Assembly: GCA_034717975.1 (NCBI GenBank)
Contig: JAYEMF010000077.1
Coordinates: 1-42,671, forward strand
Length of the DNA stretch: 42,671 nucleotides
From: Campylobacterota bacterium
Lineage (GTDB): Bacteria > Campylobacterota > Campylobacteria > Campylobacterales > Sulfurimonadaceae
Reading direction: 5' to 3'
The notes beneath the pieces are model-generated. The model made no database searches, was not told the origin of the DNA, and worked only from the letters and a program-made list of their open reading frames with translations. The translations under genes and the position numbers were made by a program. Below, piece after piece: positions 10,517-19,662 of this stretch; positions within the stretch are counted from its first letter, which is position 1, and every line of letters starts with the position of its first letter.

Positions 10517-10948
10517 TCAGATAGTTTGACTTACCCATTGCTGAAGCTGATCAGCCGAAAGTGCGCCGGAGAGACGATCGATCTCCCGGTTGTTTTTAAA
10601 TGCGATAATCGTGGGTATGGAACGGATGCCGAAACGGGCTGCAACTTCCTGCTGTGCTTCAGTATCTACTTTTCCAAAACGGGCTTTCAGCGGAAATGAC
10701 CCGGCTACCTGTTCGAAAACAGGAGCCATCATCTTACATGGCCCACACCACGATGCCCAAAAATCGACGATAACAACAATATCGTTATTGGCAACATGAT
10801 TATCAAACCCCGCTCTATCAAAAGCAATTGGTTTTGTTGCTAAGAGAGATTGCTGACAATGGCCACAGCTGGCTTTTGAATAGCTCTCTCGCAGCGGAAT
10901 GGCATTGACCTTTCCGCAATGTGGACAGACAATCCTGATCTTTGACAC
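10517..10948 (-). CDS. trxC: Thioredoxin 2 (Zn-binding TrxC)
   Basis: N-terminal CPHC...CGHC zinc site plus WCGPC active site; GTG start. Confidence 0.93.
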   Translation of the reverse strand: MSKIRIVCPHCGKVNAIPLRESYSKASCGHCQQSLLATKPIAFDRAGFDNHVANNDIVVIVDFWASWCGPCKMMAPVFEQVAGSFPLKARFGKVDTEAQQEVAARFGIRSIPTIIAFKNNREIDRLSGALSADQLQQWVSQTI

Positions 10949-10950
10949 GA

Positions 10951-11283
10951 TTATTCTGCTTCTACGACTTCCATATCTTTGATTGACTCATTACTATGAG
11001 AGATTACTTTATCATGCAGGCGGCGAAGTGCTTTTAATGCACGGTCTATGGCAAGATCAATAGCAGCATCCAGAGCATCATCTTCTTGCTTGATAACGAT
11101 TGGCGAATTGTGGGCAATGTGCATATCAAACTCAACACTAATACCTTTTTTCTCTTTAGCCAAAATGACATTGATCGTCGTGATATCCAGATTATATTTT
11201 TTAAATTGCTCAATTGCACCTTCGATATGTGCTTTTGTGTGGTCGTTCAGCGTAATGTCTTTTGTACGAATTTGCGTATTCAT
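10951..11283 (-). CDS. Ribosome hibernation factor HPF/RaiA family (short form)
   Basis: Fold-typical pattern with DALDAAIDLAIDRALKALRRLHDK; AGGAG RBS. Confidence 0.85.
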   Translation of the reverse strand: MNTQIRTKDITLNDHTKAHIEGAIEQFKKYNLDITTINVILAKEKKGISVEFDMHIAHNSPIVIKQEDDALDAAIDLAIDRALKALRRLHDKVISHSNESIKDMEVVEAE

Positions 11284-11423
11284 TTCGTAACTCCTTTAAT
11301 CTATTTTATTACTTAAAATATAACACATCCTTACTGAATAATCTGCCACACATACCAGCTAATATTTAGGCCTATCCAGGTTTTGCGCTATAATTTCGCA
11401 ATTTTTTATAAGGCTATATCTAT

Positions 11424-12389
11424 ATGCGACTTTTAACCGGTATCCAACCCTCTGGAGATCTGCACATCGGAAATTACTTTGGCTCTATCAAACCGATGAT
11501 CGCCGAGCAGGAGAAGAACGAAATCTTTGCCTTTATTGCCAACTATCACGCCATGACGACTGTCAGTGACGGTAAACGTCTTGCTGAACTGACCATGCAG
11601 GCGGCAACTGACTTTTTGGCTTTGGGAATGGATCCCCAGCGCAGTACCTTCTGGGTACAGTCTGATGTCAAAGAGGTGCTTGAGCTCTATTGGATACTCT
11701 CATCTTTCACACCGATGGGACTGCTGGAACGTGCACACAGCTACAAAGACAAAACGGCTAAAGGGATTGCCGCCAATCACAGCCTTTTCTCTTACCCGGT
11801 CCTGATGGCGGCAGACATCCTGCTTTTCAACTCTCAAATTGTCCCTGTCGGCAAAGATCAGATCCAGCATGTTGAGATTGCCCGTGACATTGCCATCAAG
11901 TTCAATAATGCCTATGGTGAAATTTTCACCCTGCCCGAATACCGTGTAGATGAAAATGTTGCAACCGTACCGGGTGTCGATGGTCAGAAGATGAGTAAAA
12001 GTTATGGCAATACCATCAATATCTTCGGCGAAGAGAAGAAACAGCAAAAGGTGGTCAAAAAAATTATCACGGAATCTGTTCCTATGGAAGAGCCCAAAGA
12101 GTATGAGAACTGCAATATCTACAACATTGCCAAACTCTACCTGGATGAAGAGAAACAGATCGCTTTACAGGAACGCTATAAACGCGGCGGTGAAGGGCAT
12201 GGGCACTTCAAGCTCTATCTGGCTGAAGTGATCTGGGACTACTATACGCCTTATCGTGAAAAAAGGGCTTACTATGAAACGCATCAGGATGAAGTCCGTG
12301 ACATCTTGGCTCACGGTGCGGCCAAAGCACGTGAAAGTGCGATGGAAGTAATTGAAAAAGTACGAAGTGCTACGGGGATTAGTTATTAG
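11424..12389 (+). CDS. trpS: Tryptophanyl-tRNA synthetase
   Basis: TGIQPSGDLHIGNY (HIGH), YPVLMAADIL, VPVGKDQ, KMSKS. Confidence 0.98.
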   Translation: MRLLTGIQPSGDLHIGNYFGSIKPMIAEQEKNEIFAFIANYHAMTTVSDGKRLAELTMQAATDFLALGMDPQRSTFWVQSDVKEVLELYWILSSFTPMGLLERAHSYKDKTAKGIAANHSLFSYPVLMAADILLFNSQIVPVGKDQIQHVEIARDIAIKFNNAYGEIFTLPEYRVDENVATVPGVDGQKMSKSYGNTINIFGEEKKQQKVVKKIITESVPMEEPKEYENCNIYNIAKLYLDEEKQIALQERYKRGGEGHGHFKLYLAEVIWDYYTPYREKRAYYETHQDEVRDILAHGAAKARESAMEVIEKVRSATGISY

Positions 12390-12393
12390 GAGT

Positions 12394-12417
12394 TAAAAGC
12401 CCGTAGAAAGGCTTTTA
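12394..12417. terminator. Probable bidirectional terminator between trpS and the cytochrome gene
   Basis: TAAAAGCC-N8-GGCTTTTA hairpin between convergent genes. Confidence 0.6.
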
Positions 12418-12418
12418 C

Positions 12419-13609
12419 TTATGGACGAAAAACTCTTTTATCGATAAACATCTTCTTTGACCAAATCGGCTCTTTCAATTTTAAAATCGAATGTACCTCG
12501 TCATTCACTAAACGATAATACAGTTCAACATTTACAACACCTGTTCCCTCTACCCATGGAAACTTAACAGTTCGTGAACCATTGGCTGGAATCGAAATAT
12601 CTTTTGTCGCCTCAACCGCGAGATGCGGGATCGTCGGCTTACCCCGTTTACTAGTATATTTCTGTGTCATTGAAACAGTTTTGGAAGCTATGGATTTCTG
12701 ACCGGATTTGTAGGTTGCATCGATGATCAGTTCACGTGCTCCGAATCCCGATGGAAGATTGTGAGGATTGTCATTGTTGATCGTAACCAGCAGTTCATTG
12801 CCTTTTTTGGCCACACTCAGTGTCAAGGCCCCTTCCCACAGTGATGGCGTATGGGCACCGACAAAACCATGTTCGCGGACCATACGTTTTTTTGGCTTGT
12901 TGTTTTCGATCGCAAGGTTGCTGGCGACACCTGGTTTCTTCGGGCTCATATGACAATCTGCACACAGTTTTTCAGAATCACCCATCTCTTTTTCCATATT
13001 GGCAAAGAGTAAACCGCTTTGCGAACGATCATTCGCATGACAGACAAAACAGAGTTTATTGGACTCTTCTTTAAAGAAATCCCTGCTTTGTGTTTTATGA
13101 TAAGGTGATTTGGCATCATCAATCGGACCGCTCATTATTCCTACCGGATTCCAGTGCAGACGATGAGTCCCTCGCACAGTTTCATCAGCTTTTTCATCAA
13201 TCTTGTCAACACTGTGGCAGACCAGACAGTTGATCCCCTCATTCAGTGAATCACTTTCAAGTGCCTTATTGACTGCTGAACCTCCATCGAGTTTCATCGC
13301 CGCCATAATCTCATAATCCATACCTGTCTTTGTAACAGCAATACGTGGATTATGGCATGCAGCACACTCGATTTTAATGGCATTTTTTGATTTTCGGCTT
13401 TTTCGACCGACATAATCAATTGATTTACGGAGGTATTCGTTGTTGTTGTAATGTGATTTTGAGTGCCAAGAGTCTGACCACTCATGTACTTTCTCAGTAT
13501 GACACGGTTTACATTTTGCAGAGTCACTGTATTTGTTATTTAACTCAGGCGCAGCTTCACCAAACAATAATCCTGTCAACCAAACTACACCAAGAACAAT
13601 ACGCACCAT
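12419..13609 (-). CDS. Periplasmic pentaheme c-type cytochrome with heme-free C-terminal domain
   Basis: Five CxxCH motifs (CKPCH, CAACH, CLVCH, CFVCH, CADCH), Sec-type signal MVRIVLGVVWLTGLLFG, PHNLPSG motif; RBS GAGGGAG before ATG 13609. Confidence 0.9.
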   Translation of the reverse strand: MVRIVLGVVWLTGLLFGEAAPELNNKYSDSAKCKPCHTEKVHEWSDSWHSKSHYNNNEYLRKSIDYVGRKSRKSKNAIKIECAACHNPRIAVTKTGMDYEIMAAMKLDGGSAVNKALESDSLNEGINCLVCHSVDKIDEKADETVRGTHRLHWNPVGIMSGPIDDAKSPYHKTQSRDFFKEESNKLCFVCHANDRSQSGLLFANMEKEMGDSEKLCADCHMSPKKPGVASNLAIENNKPKKRMVREHGFVGAHTPSLWEGALTLSVAKKGNELLVTINNDNPHNLPSGFGARELIIDATYKSGQKSIASKTVSMTQKYTSKRGKPTIPHLAVEATKDISIPANGSRTVKFPWVEGTGVVNVELYYRLVNDEVHSILKLKEPIWSKKMFIDKRVFRP

Positions 13610-13759
13610 ACTTACTCCCTCAATACTATTTTGAAGATATGAATGATCAATACAGCCGGTTTCCTGACTACTAAAAATTCCATACAATTTAAATAAAATA
13701 TCATAGCATAATTCCTGCTTATCTAACTCAAAATTCTACTAATTCCTTGCCAACTATGC

Positions 13760-13773
13760 TTGATCTTCATCAA
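13760..13773 (+). promoter_or_regulatory. Crp/Fnr-family (Nss-type) binding box upstream of the NIT-like gene
   Basis: TTGATCTTCATCAA is a perfect TTGAT-N4-ATCAA; TATAAT at 13797-13802 lies 23 nt downstream (class II geometry). Confidence 0.75.
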
Positions 13774-13826
13774 AGAATAGTAATATGTATTTTAGTTATA
13801 ATAACCATCAAAAAAGGGAAATATTA

Positions 13827-14672
13827 ATGCGTACGATACTACTTTTGTTTATGCTGGTAATTATGAATGCCTCCGCTTTTTCACTGTTTGATAAAACAGA
13901 TGAAGAACAGATAGCGAAAATCGCCTATATTGATTCGCTGAAAGATCTTATAGTAGCCACCCAGAAAACAAGGGGTTTGACCAATAATTTCATGAATGGC
14001 AATGTTGTCGCTCAACTGCTCGTCTACCACGAACGCAGTGAGATGAAAAAAGCGCTTAGGGCCCTGAAACGTCAGAAAATGTCGGTTGACACAACAACGC
14101 AACAGAAGATCGTTGAACTTAAGAAAGCACTCAAGCAGCTCAATAAAAAAGCGTTTAAACAACCAAGCGGCCAAACCTTTCAGAATTATACGGAGATGAT
14201 CAATGAAATGCTTGCATTGGGCAGCAATATAGCCCAAAACTCATTTAGCAAAAACGAAAAGTTTACACAGCAGGCAACCGCATTGATGATGAGTGTCGTA
14301 CTTCCACTTACGGAGCAGATAGGTAAGACCCGGGGACTAGGTTCGGGGATCGTAGCACGTGGCCACTCACTGGATATTGAAGTACCTAAAATGACCGGTT
14401 TTGTAAACGAAGCGGAACGTTTATCAGGCAAGTTGGCTGCAGACACCAAATCCATCTATGCATCAAACAGCAAAAAGTATCCATCCGACCTCGTCAATAA
14501 AGTGGAAATGATCAACGCAGATATCCGTGCCTATGTAGCACTGACTCGGGAGAAGGTTATCGGTCAAAAAGAGATTAAGCTCGATCCAAACATCTATTTC
14601 GACCAGGGAACTGCAGCTATTTCAAAAGTATTGACAGTTTTCACCATCAACAAAACCGCCCTGACACAATAG
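13827..14672 (+). CDS. Exported stand-alone NIT-like (nitrate/nitrite-sensing domain) protein
   Basis: Signal peptide MRTILLLFMLVIMNASA; two helical repeats LIVATQKTRGLT and EQIGKTRGLGSG resembling the NIT Arg motifs; no TM or output domain. Start at 13827 after AAAGGG. Confidence 0.7.
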   Translation: MRTILLLFMLVIMNASAFSLFDKTDEEQIAKIAYIDSLKDLIVATQKTRGLTNNFMNGNVVAQLLVYHERSEMKKALRALKRQKMSVDTTTQQKIVELKKALKQLNKKAFKQPSGQTFQNYTEMINEMLALGSNIAQNSFSKNEKFTQQATALMMSVVLPLTEQIGKTRGLGSGIVARGHSLDIEVPKMTGFVNEAERLSGKLAADTKSIYASNSKKYPSDLVNKVEMINADIRAYVALTREKVIGQKEIKLDPNIYFDQGTAAISKVLTVFTINKTALTQ

Positions 14673-14686
14673 GCGGTAGGGCACTA

Positions 14687-15607
14687 TCAGCGCTGTCGGT
14701 CCAGCCAGACCATCAGCCCTTTTTGGGCATGCAGACGGTTCTCCGCCTCATCAAAGATTACGCTCTGACTTCCTTCAAGTACCTCTTCACTCACTTCCTG
14801 TCCACGGTAAGCCGGCAGACAGTGCAGAAAAATTGCATTGGCATCGGCACGGTTCATAATCATCCGGTCAACCATAAAGCCGTCAAAAGCTCTCAAGCGC
14901 TCCTCTTTCTCATCTTCCTGCCCCATAGAGGCCCAGGTGTCCGTTGTGACGACAGTAGCCCCTTCGACAGCAACATGCGGATCATTCGTGACAATGATCT
15001 TTGCACCACTGTGCCGTGCCAGCTCGTAGGCATCTTCCAGGACAGATGGATCAACTTCATAACCATGCGGTGTCGCAATACGCAGTTCAAACCCAAGTTT
15101 TGCCGCCAGCATCAGCCATGAATGCGTCATATTATTTCCATCACCGATATAGGCCACAATTTGGTTATCGGTATGTCCATGTTCAATCATCGTCATATAG
15201 TCGGCCAGGAGTTGTACAGGATGGTAGGAGTCGGTCAATCCATTAATGACCGGTACTTTTGAGTGAGCAGCAAACTCTTCAAGCATACTATGTGCAAAAG
15301 TACGGATCATGACCATATCGCACATCGATGAGATCACCCGTGCGGTATCTTTGACCGGCTCACCACGGCCAAGATGAATATCGCGATTAGAGAGAAAAAG
15401 GCCATGACCACCCAGTTGAAATATACCTGTTTCAAAACTTACACGAGTCCGTGTCGAGCTCTTCTCGAAGATCATCGCCAATGTTTTATTTGGCATATAG
15501 GGCTTGGTCTCACCGGCTTTAAGTCTCCGCTTGATAGTACGTCCAAGTTCAATAATCTCTAATATCTCTTCTTTAGAATAATCTTTAAGTGTTAAAAAGT
15601 GTCGCAA
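14687..15607 (-). CDS. argF: Ornithine carbamoyltransferase
   Basis: [36 protein letters not shown] start. Confidence 0.97.
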   Translation of the reverse strand: MRHFLTLKDYSKEEILEIIELGRTIKRRLKAGETKPYMPNKTLAMIFEKSSTRTRVSFETGIFQLGGHGLFLSNRDIHLGRGEPVKDTARVISSMCDMVMIRTFAHSMLEEFAAHSKVPVINGLTDSYHPVQLLADYMTMIEHGHTDNQIVAYIGDGNNMTHSWLMLAAKLGFELRIATPHGYEVDPSVLEDAYELARHSGAKIIVTNDPHVAVEGATVVTTDTWASMGQEDEKEERLRAFDGFMVDRMIMNRADANAIFLHCLPAYRGQEVSEEVLEGSQSVIFDEAENRLHAQKGLMVWLDRQR

Positions 15608-15656
15608 TACTGTTCCTAATATTCTATTTTATTTCTTTGGTTTAAATGATAACACA

Positions 15657-16625
15657 CTATCCCAATAGTTTTGCCACTTCTTTGGCGTGATAACTGATGA
15701 TTATGTCGGCGCCGGCACGTTTAAAGCCTACCATCGTCTCCATAACCACCCGATCGTAATCGATCAGATCATGCTGTCCGGCAAGCTTCAGCATGGCGTA
15801 TTCACCACTGACATTGTAAGCGGCTAGCGGCAGATGTGTCGTATCTTTGATCTCCCGTAAGATATCAAGGTAGGCCAAAGCCGGTTTGACCATCAAAATA
15901 TCAGCGCCCTGCGCCTCATCAGATAAACTTTCGTTAAGTGCTTCACGACGGTTTGCCGGATCCATCTGATAGCTGCTGCGATCTCCAAAACTCGGTACCG
16001 ATTCTGCCACATCACGAAAGGGTCCGTAATAGCCGCTAGAAAATTTGGTCGAGTAGCTCATGATCGGCAGATTTTCGTAACCGCCGCCATCGAGTGCATC
16101 ACGAAGGGTTGTGATAATACCATCCATCATGCCTGATGGTGCGATCAGGTCTGCACCTGCTTTGGCATGAACCAAAGCCTGCTTTGCGGAGAGCTTCAGG
16201 GTTGCATCATTGTCGACTGTCTCATGGACATGATCGATGATCCCGCAGTGGCCATGATCAGTGTATTCGCAAAAACAGAGATCCGTTGCCACGAACATAT
16301 CCGGATGGGCACGTTTTATCTCACGTACTGCCGTTGCAATGATCCCATGATCACATACAGCATCCGAGCCCACGGAATCTTTCGTCTCCGGGATACCGAA
16401 CAGGATGATCGAATAGATCCCCAAGGCCTTAAGCGCTTCACACTCTCTAATCGCCTCATCCAGACTCATCTGGTAGACACCCGGCATCGAAGCGACTTCC
16501 GTCTTGATCCCTTCTCCCGGACGGATAAAAAGCGGGTAGATGAAATCATTGACACTTACGGCCGTCTCTCGGACCAGTGCGCGAAGATGGGGATTGAGGC
16601 GTGTACGTCTGAAACGTTGAAACAT
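15657..16625 (-). CDS. hemB: Porphobilinogen synthase
   Basis: [41 protein letters not shown]. Confidence 0.98.
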   Translation of the reverse strand: MFQRFRRTRLNPHLRALVRETAVSVNDFIYPLFIRPGEGIKTEVASMPGVYQMSLDEAIRECEALKALGIYSIILFGIPETKDSVGSDAVCDHGIIATAVREIKRAHPDMFVATDLCFCEYTDHGHCGIIDHVHETVDNDATLKLSAKQALVHAKAGADLIAPSGMMDGIITTLRDALDGGGYENLPIMSYSTKFSSGYYGPFRDVAESVPSFGDRSSYQMDPANRREALNESLSDEAQGADILMVKPALAYLDILREIKDTTHLPLAAYNVSGEYAMLKLAGQHDLIDYDRVVMETMVGFKRAGADIIISYHAKEVAKLLG

Positions 16626-16737
16626 TAATTTCCTTTAGAAGAGGTGTGCTTTAGACAAACTTGCTATAATCACACCGAATAAACAGCTAGTCAATAACTG
16701 TGAAAGCGACAATTTTACCTATAAAAAGTTTAAAGTA

Positions 16738-17301
16738 ATGAATATAACTACTTCCGAGGCCGCCAATCTTCCTTCACGTTTTGGGGCATTTAAAGTCAAA
16801 GCGTTCAAAGAGGGACACAAAGAGCACCTTGTCATCTATAAAGAGCCTATGAGTGACATACCGATCGTTCGTGTCCACTCCGAATGCCTAACCGGCGATG
16901 CGATCGGCAGTCTGAAATGTGACTGTCGTGATCAGCTTGAGTATGCCATGCAAAGCATTGAAGCCGAAGGCGGTATGATCATCTATCTTCGTCAGGAAGG
17001 GCGCAATATCGGGCTGCTCAACAAGATCAACGCCTATGCACTCCAGGATCAGGGGCTTAATACCATCGAAGCCAACCATCAGCTTGGTTTTTCAGCCGAT
17101 GAGCGTACCTATGAGATAGTCACAACCATTCTGCACCATTTTGACATTCATAAAATTCGGTTGCTTACCAACAACCCTGAAAAGATCAAATCGCTTGAAG
17201 ATATCGAGATTGTTGAACGCCTGCCGATCATCATTGATCCAAACGCGCATAATGAAGAGTATTTAAAAGTCAAAAAAGATCAGATGGGGCATCTGCTTTA
17301 G
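16738..17301 (+). CDS. ribA: GTP cyclohydrolase II
   Basis: VRVHSECLTGD..SLKCDC, QEGRNIGL, LLTNNPEK. Confidence 0.97.
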   Translation: MNITTSEAANLPSRFGAFKVKAFKEGHKEHLVIYKEPMSDIPIVRVHSECLTGDAIGSLKCDCRDQLEYAMQSIEAEGGMIIYLRQEGRNIGLLNKINAYALQDQGLNTIEANHQLGFSADERTYEIVTTILHHFDIHKIRLLTNNPEKIKSLEDIEIVERLPIIIDPNAHNEEYLKVKKDQMGHLL

Positions 17302-17425
17302 AAGCCTCTTCTAACCATTACCAAAGGTATCACTGCCTTTATTGCTTTCTGTAATTACGGCCATCACCTCCTCTATTTTTAGCACTCAACAGTATAATTA
17401 GGCAATTTTTTTTAAGGCAATCAGC

Positions 17426-19351
17426 GTGTTAAGCATTAGATCATTTCTCCAACTTCTACAAGAGTCGTTCCGCGATCTTCTTCCTATTATTCTTGTCATC
17501 CTCTTCTTCCAGCTGGCAATTATCCAGACGGTTCCCGAAGGATGGCTGGCAACCTCCATCGGTCTGGCTATTGTCGGTGTCGGTCTGGCGGTCTTCTTGC
17601 TTGGTCTTGAAGTCGGTATCTTCCCGGTCGGTGAGGGACTCGCGAGTGATTTTGCGCATAAAGGTTCCACTCCGCTTATCCTCGCTTTTGCCTTCCTCAT
17701 CGGTTTTGGTACGACAATCGCCGAACCGGCCCTCGTGGTCATTGCCGAAAAAGCGGCCAGTATAAGTTCCGGACGGATCGACGCGACCGTCCTGCGTATG
17801 GTCGTCGCTTTTTCTGTCGGTCTGGCTATTGTACTTGGCTCCTGGAGGATCATCCGGGGAACACCGATCCACTACTACATTATTGCCGGTTATATCTTGG
17901 TGGTAGCCACAACCGCCTATGCTCCCCATGAGATCGTCGGTCTTGCCTACGACCTGGGTGGCGTTACCACCTCAACCGTCACCGTACCGCTTGTAGCTGC
18001 TTTGGGTATTGGACTTGCAAGTACCATTAAAGGCCGCAGTCCCGTCCTCGATGGATTTGGACTCATTGCCTTTGCTTCCCTTACTCCGATGATCTTCGTT
18101 CAGATCTACGGTATCGCCGTATATGAGCTGGTTGAAGCGAAAGAAGTTGCAGCCGTTGTTGTTGAAGCTAAAAGCAGTAAAGCCTTTGACTTTTCAATTG
18201 CCAGCATTGCCAGTGGCCTGTTTGGTGTCGTCAAAGATGTCGTTCCTATCTTAGCCATTATTTTCTTTTTCCAGTACGCCATCTTACGTAAACCGATTAA
18301 GCAGCTCAAAACGGTACTGATCGGCTTTGCTCTTGTTATGGTCGGTCTGTATGCCTTCATCCTCGGTCTTGAGATGGGGCTCTTCTCGCTCGGTGAGACG
18401 ATGGCCTACCAACTCACCCAGGGTGACAGCAACTTTATCATCTATGCATTCGGTTTTGCCATCGGTTTTGCAACGACAATGGCTGAACCGTCACTCACTG
18501 CCATTGCCCGCAAAGCGAAAGAAATCAGTGATGACAAGATCAATGATTTCGCCCTGCGTATCTTTGTCGCTTTTGGTGTTGCTTTCGGGATCGCACTGGG
18601 TTCATTTCGTATTGTTGACGGCGGGCATATTGTCTACTACATCGTCACCGGCTATGTCATCGTTATTGCTCTTACTTTTATGGCACCAAAATATATCATC
18701 CCTATCGCTTACGACAGCGGCGGGGTAACCACCTCTACCGTTACGGTTCCGCTTGTTGCAGCACTTGGACTCGGACTGGCAACGAACATTGACGGGCGTG
18801 ATCCGCTGATCGACGGTTTCGGTCTTATTGCTTTTGCTTCACTCTTCCCGATGATTACGGTCATGCTCTACGGGGTGATCACCGACAAAATGGGTGTCAA
18901 AGGGCATCACGAACTCGAGCAGGAACATATGCTTGAACTGCGCCATGCACTTGAAGATGCGAACAACATGAACCTGACTACGATCAATGTAGATGGAACC
19001 GATGTCCGCCACTCCTTTATCATGCCGTTCTCATCCGTACATATCATCGTACCGGAGAGACGTAAAGAACGGGCCCTTCTTGCCGCCAAAGATGCCGGCG
19101 CAAGCGGTGTCACCATTACGCAGGCTCACGGTATGGGACTTGAAGAGATGGAGAACTTCTACAACCGTCTACAGCATGAAGATACCGATGTCGATCTGAT
19201 GTTCCTCTTGCCAACATCAAAAGTCGATGAACTGATCCAACATGTTATGCATGAACTTGACATTACGGGTGAAGGAGAAGGAATCGCCTTTGCCTATCCG
19301 GTTTCACACCTCAAGGGGCTCTCGCTCAAGAGCGAGCATCTGCAAAACTAG
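17426..19351 (+). CDS. DUF1538-type membrane protein: tandem duplicated membrane domain fused to a C-terminal PII-like domain
   Basis: Duplicated motifs (TIAEP/TMAEP; AYD(L/S)GGVTTSTVTVPLVAALG(I/L)GLA; DGFGLIAFASL) and a C-terminal GASGVTITQAHGMG...GEGIAFAYPV PII-like pattern; GTG start. Confidence 0.8.
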   Translation: MLSIRSFLQLLQESFRDLLPIILVILFFQLAIIQTVPEGWLATSIGLAIVGVGLAVFLLGLEVGIFPVGEGLASDFAHKGSTPLILAFAFLIGFGTTIAEPALVVIAEKAASISSGRIDATVLRMVVAFSVGLAIVLGSWRIIRGTPIHYYIIAGYILVVATTAYAPHEIVGLAYDLGGVTTSTVTVPLVAALGIGLASTIKGRSPVLDGFGLIAFASLTPMIFVQIYGIAVYELVEAKEVAAVVVEAKSSKAFDFSIASIASGLFGVVKDVVPILAIIFFFQYAILRKPIKQLKTVLIGFALVMVGLYAFILGLEMGLFSLGETMAYQLTQGDSNFIIYAFGFAIGFATTMAEPSLTAIARKAKEISDDKINDFALRIFVAFGVAFGIALGSFRIVDGGHIVYYIVTGYVIVIALTFMAPKYIIPIAYDSGGVTTSTVTVPLVAALGLGLATNIDGRDPLIDGFGLIAFASLFPMITVMLYGVITDKMGVKGHHELEQEHMLELRHALEDANNMNLTTINVDGTDVRHSFIMPFSSVHIIVPERRKERALLAAKDAGASGVTITQAHGMGLEEMENFYNRLQHEDTDVDLMFLLPTSKVDELIQHVMHELDITGEGEGIAFAYPVSHLKGLSLKSEHLQN

Positions 19352-19622
19352 TACCAGACTACACCTATTTTGATGGTGTCTGAAAGCGTAGAGTGCATGG
19401 AGTGCAAGCTAGGGTATTGTAAGCGTACTTTATGTACGTTTGCAATATCATAGTGCCGTCAATCTGTGTGCTATACGCTTTCCCTTTGGGTGGTTTAAAA
19501 AAACAGCCATTTGCCGCACTTTGACAGTTTGAAACAGATAGACTGCTCCTGCACTGCCAAAGCACAACAACTAACTGTTTTTTAAATCACAGACATCATC
19601 AAAATAGGTGTAATCTGGTACT
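19350..19622. mobile_element. MITE-like element with 33-bp terminal inverted repeats
   Basis: AGTACCAGACTACACCTATTTTGATGGTGTCTG (19350-19382) matches the reverse complement of 19590-19622 with 2 mismatches; two internal long hairpins; no credible ORF. Confidence 0.75.
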
Positions 19623-19662
19623 GGCTATCATTACAGATGCAATAATCGAAAAGGAGTAGAGA

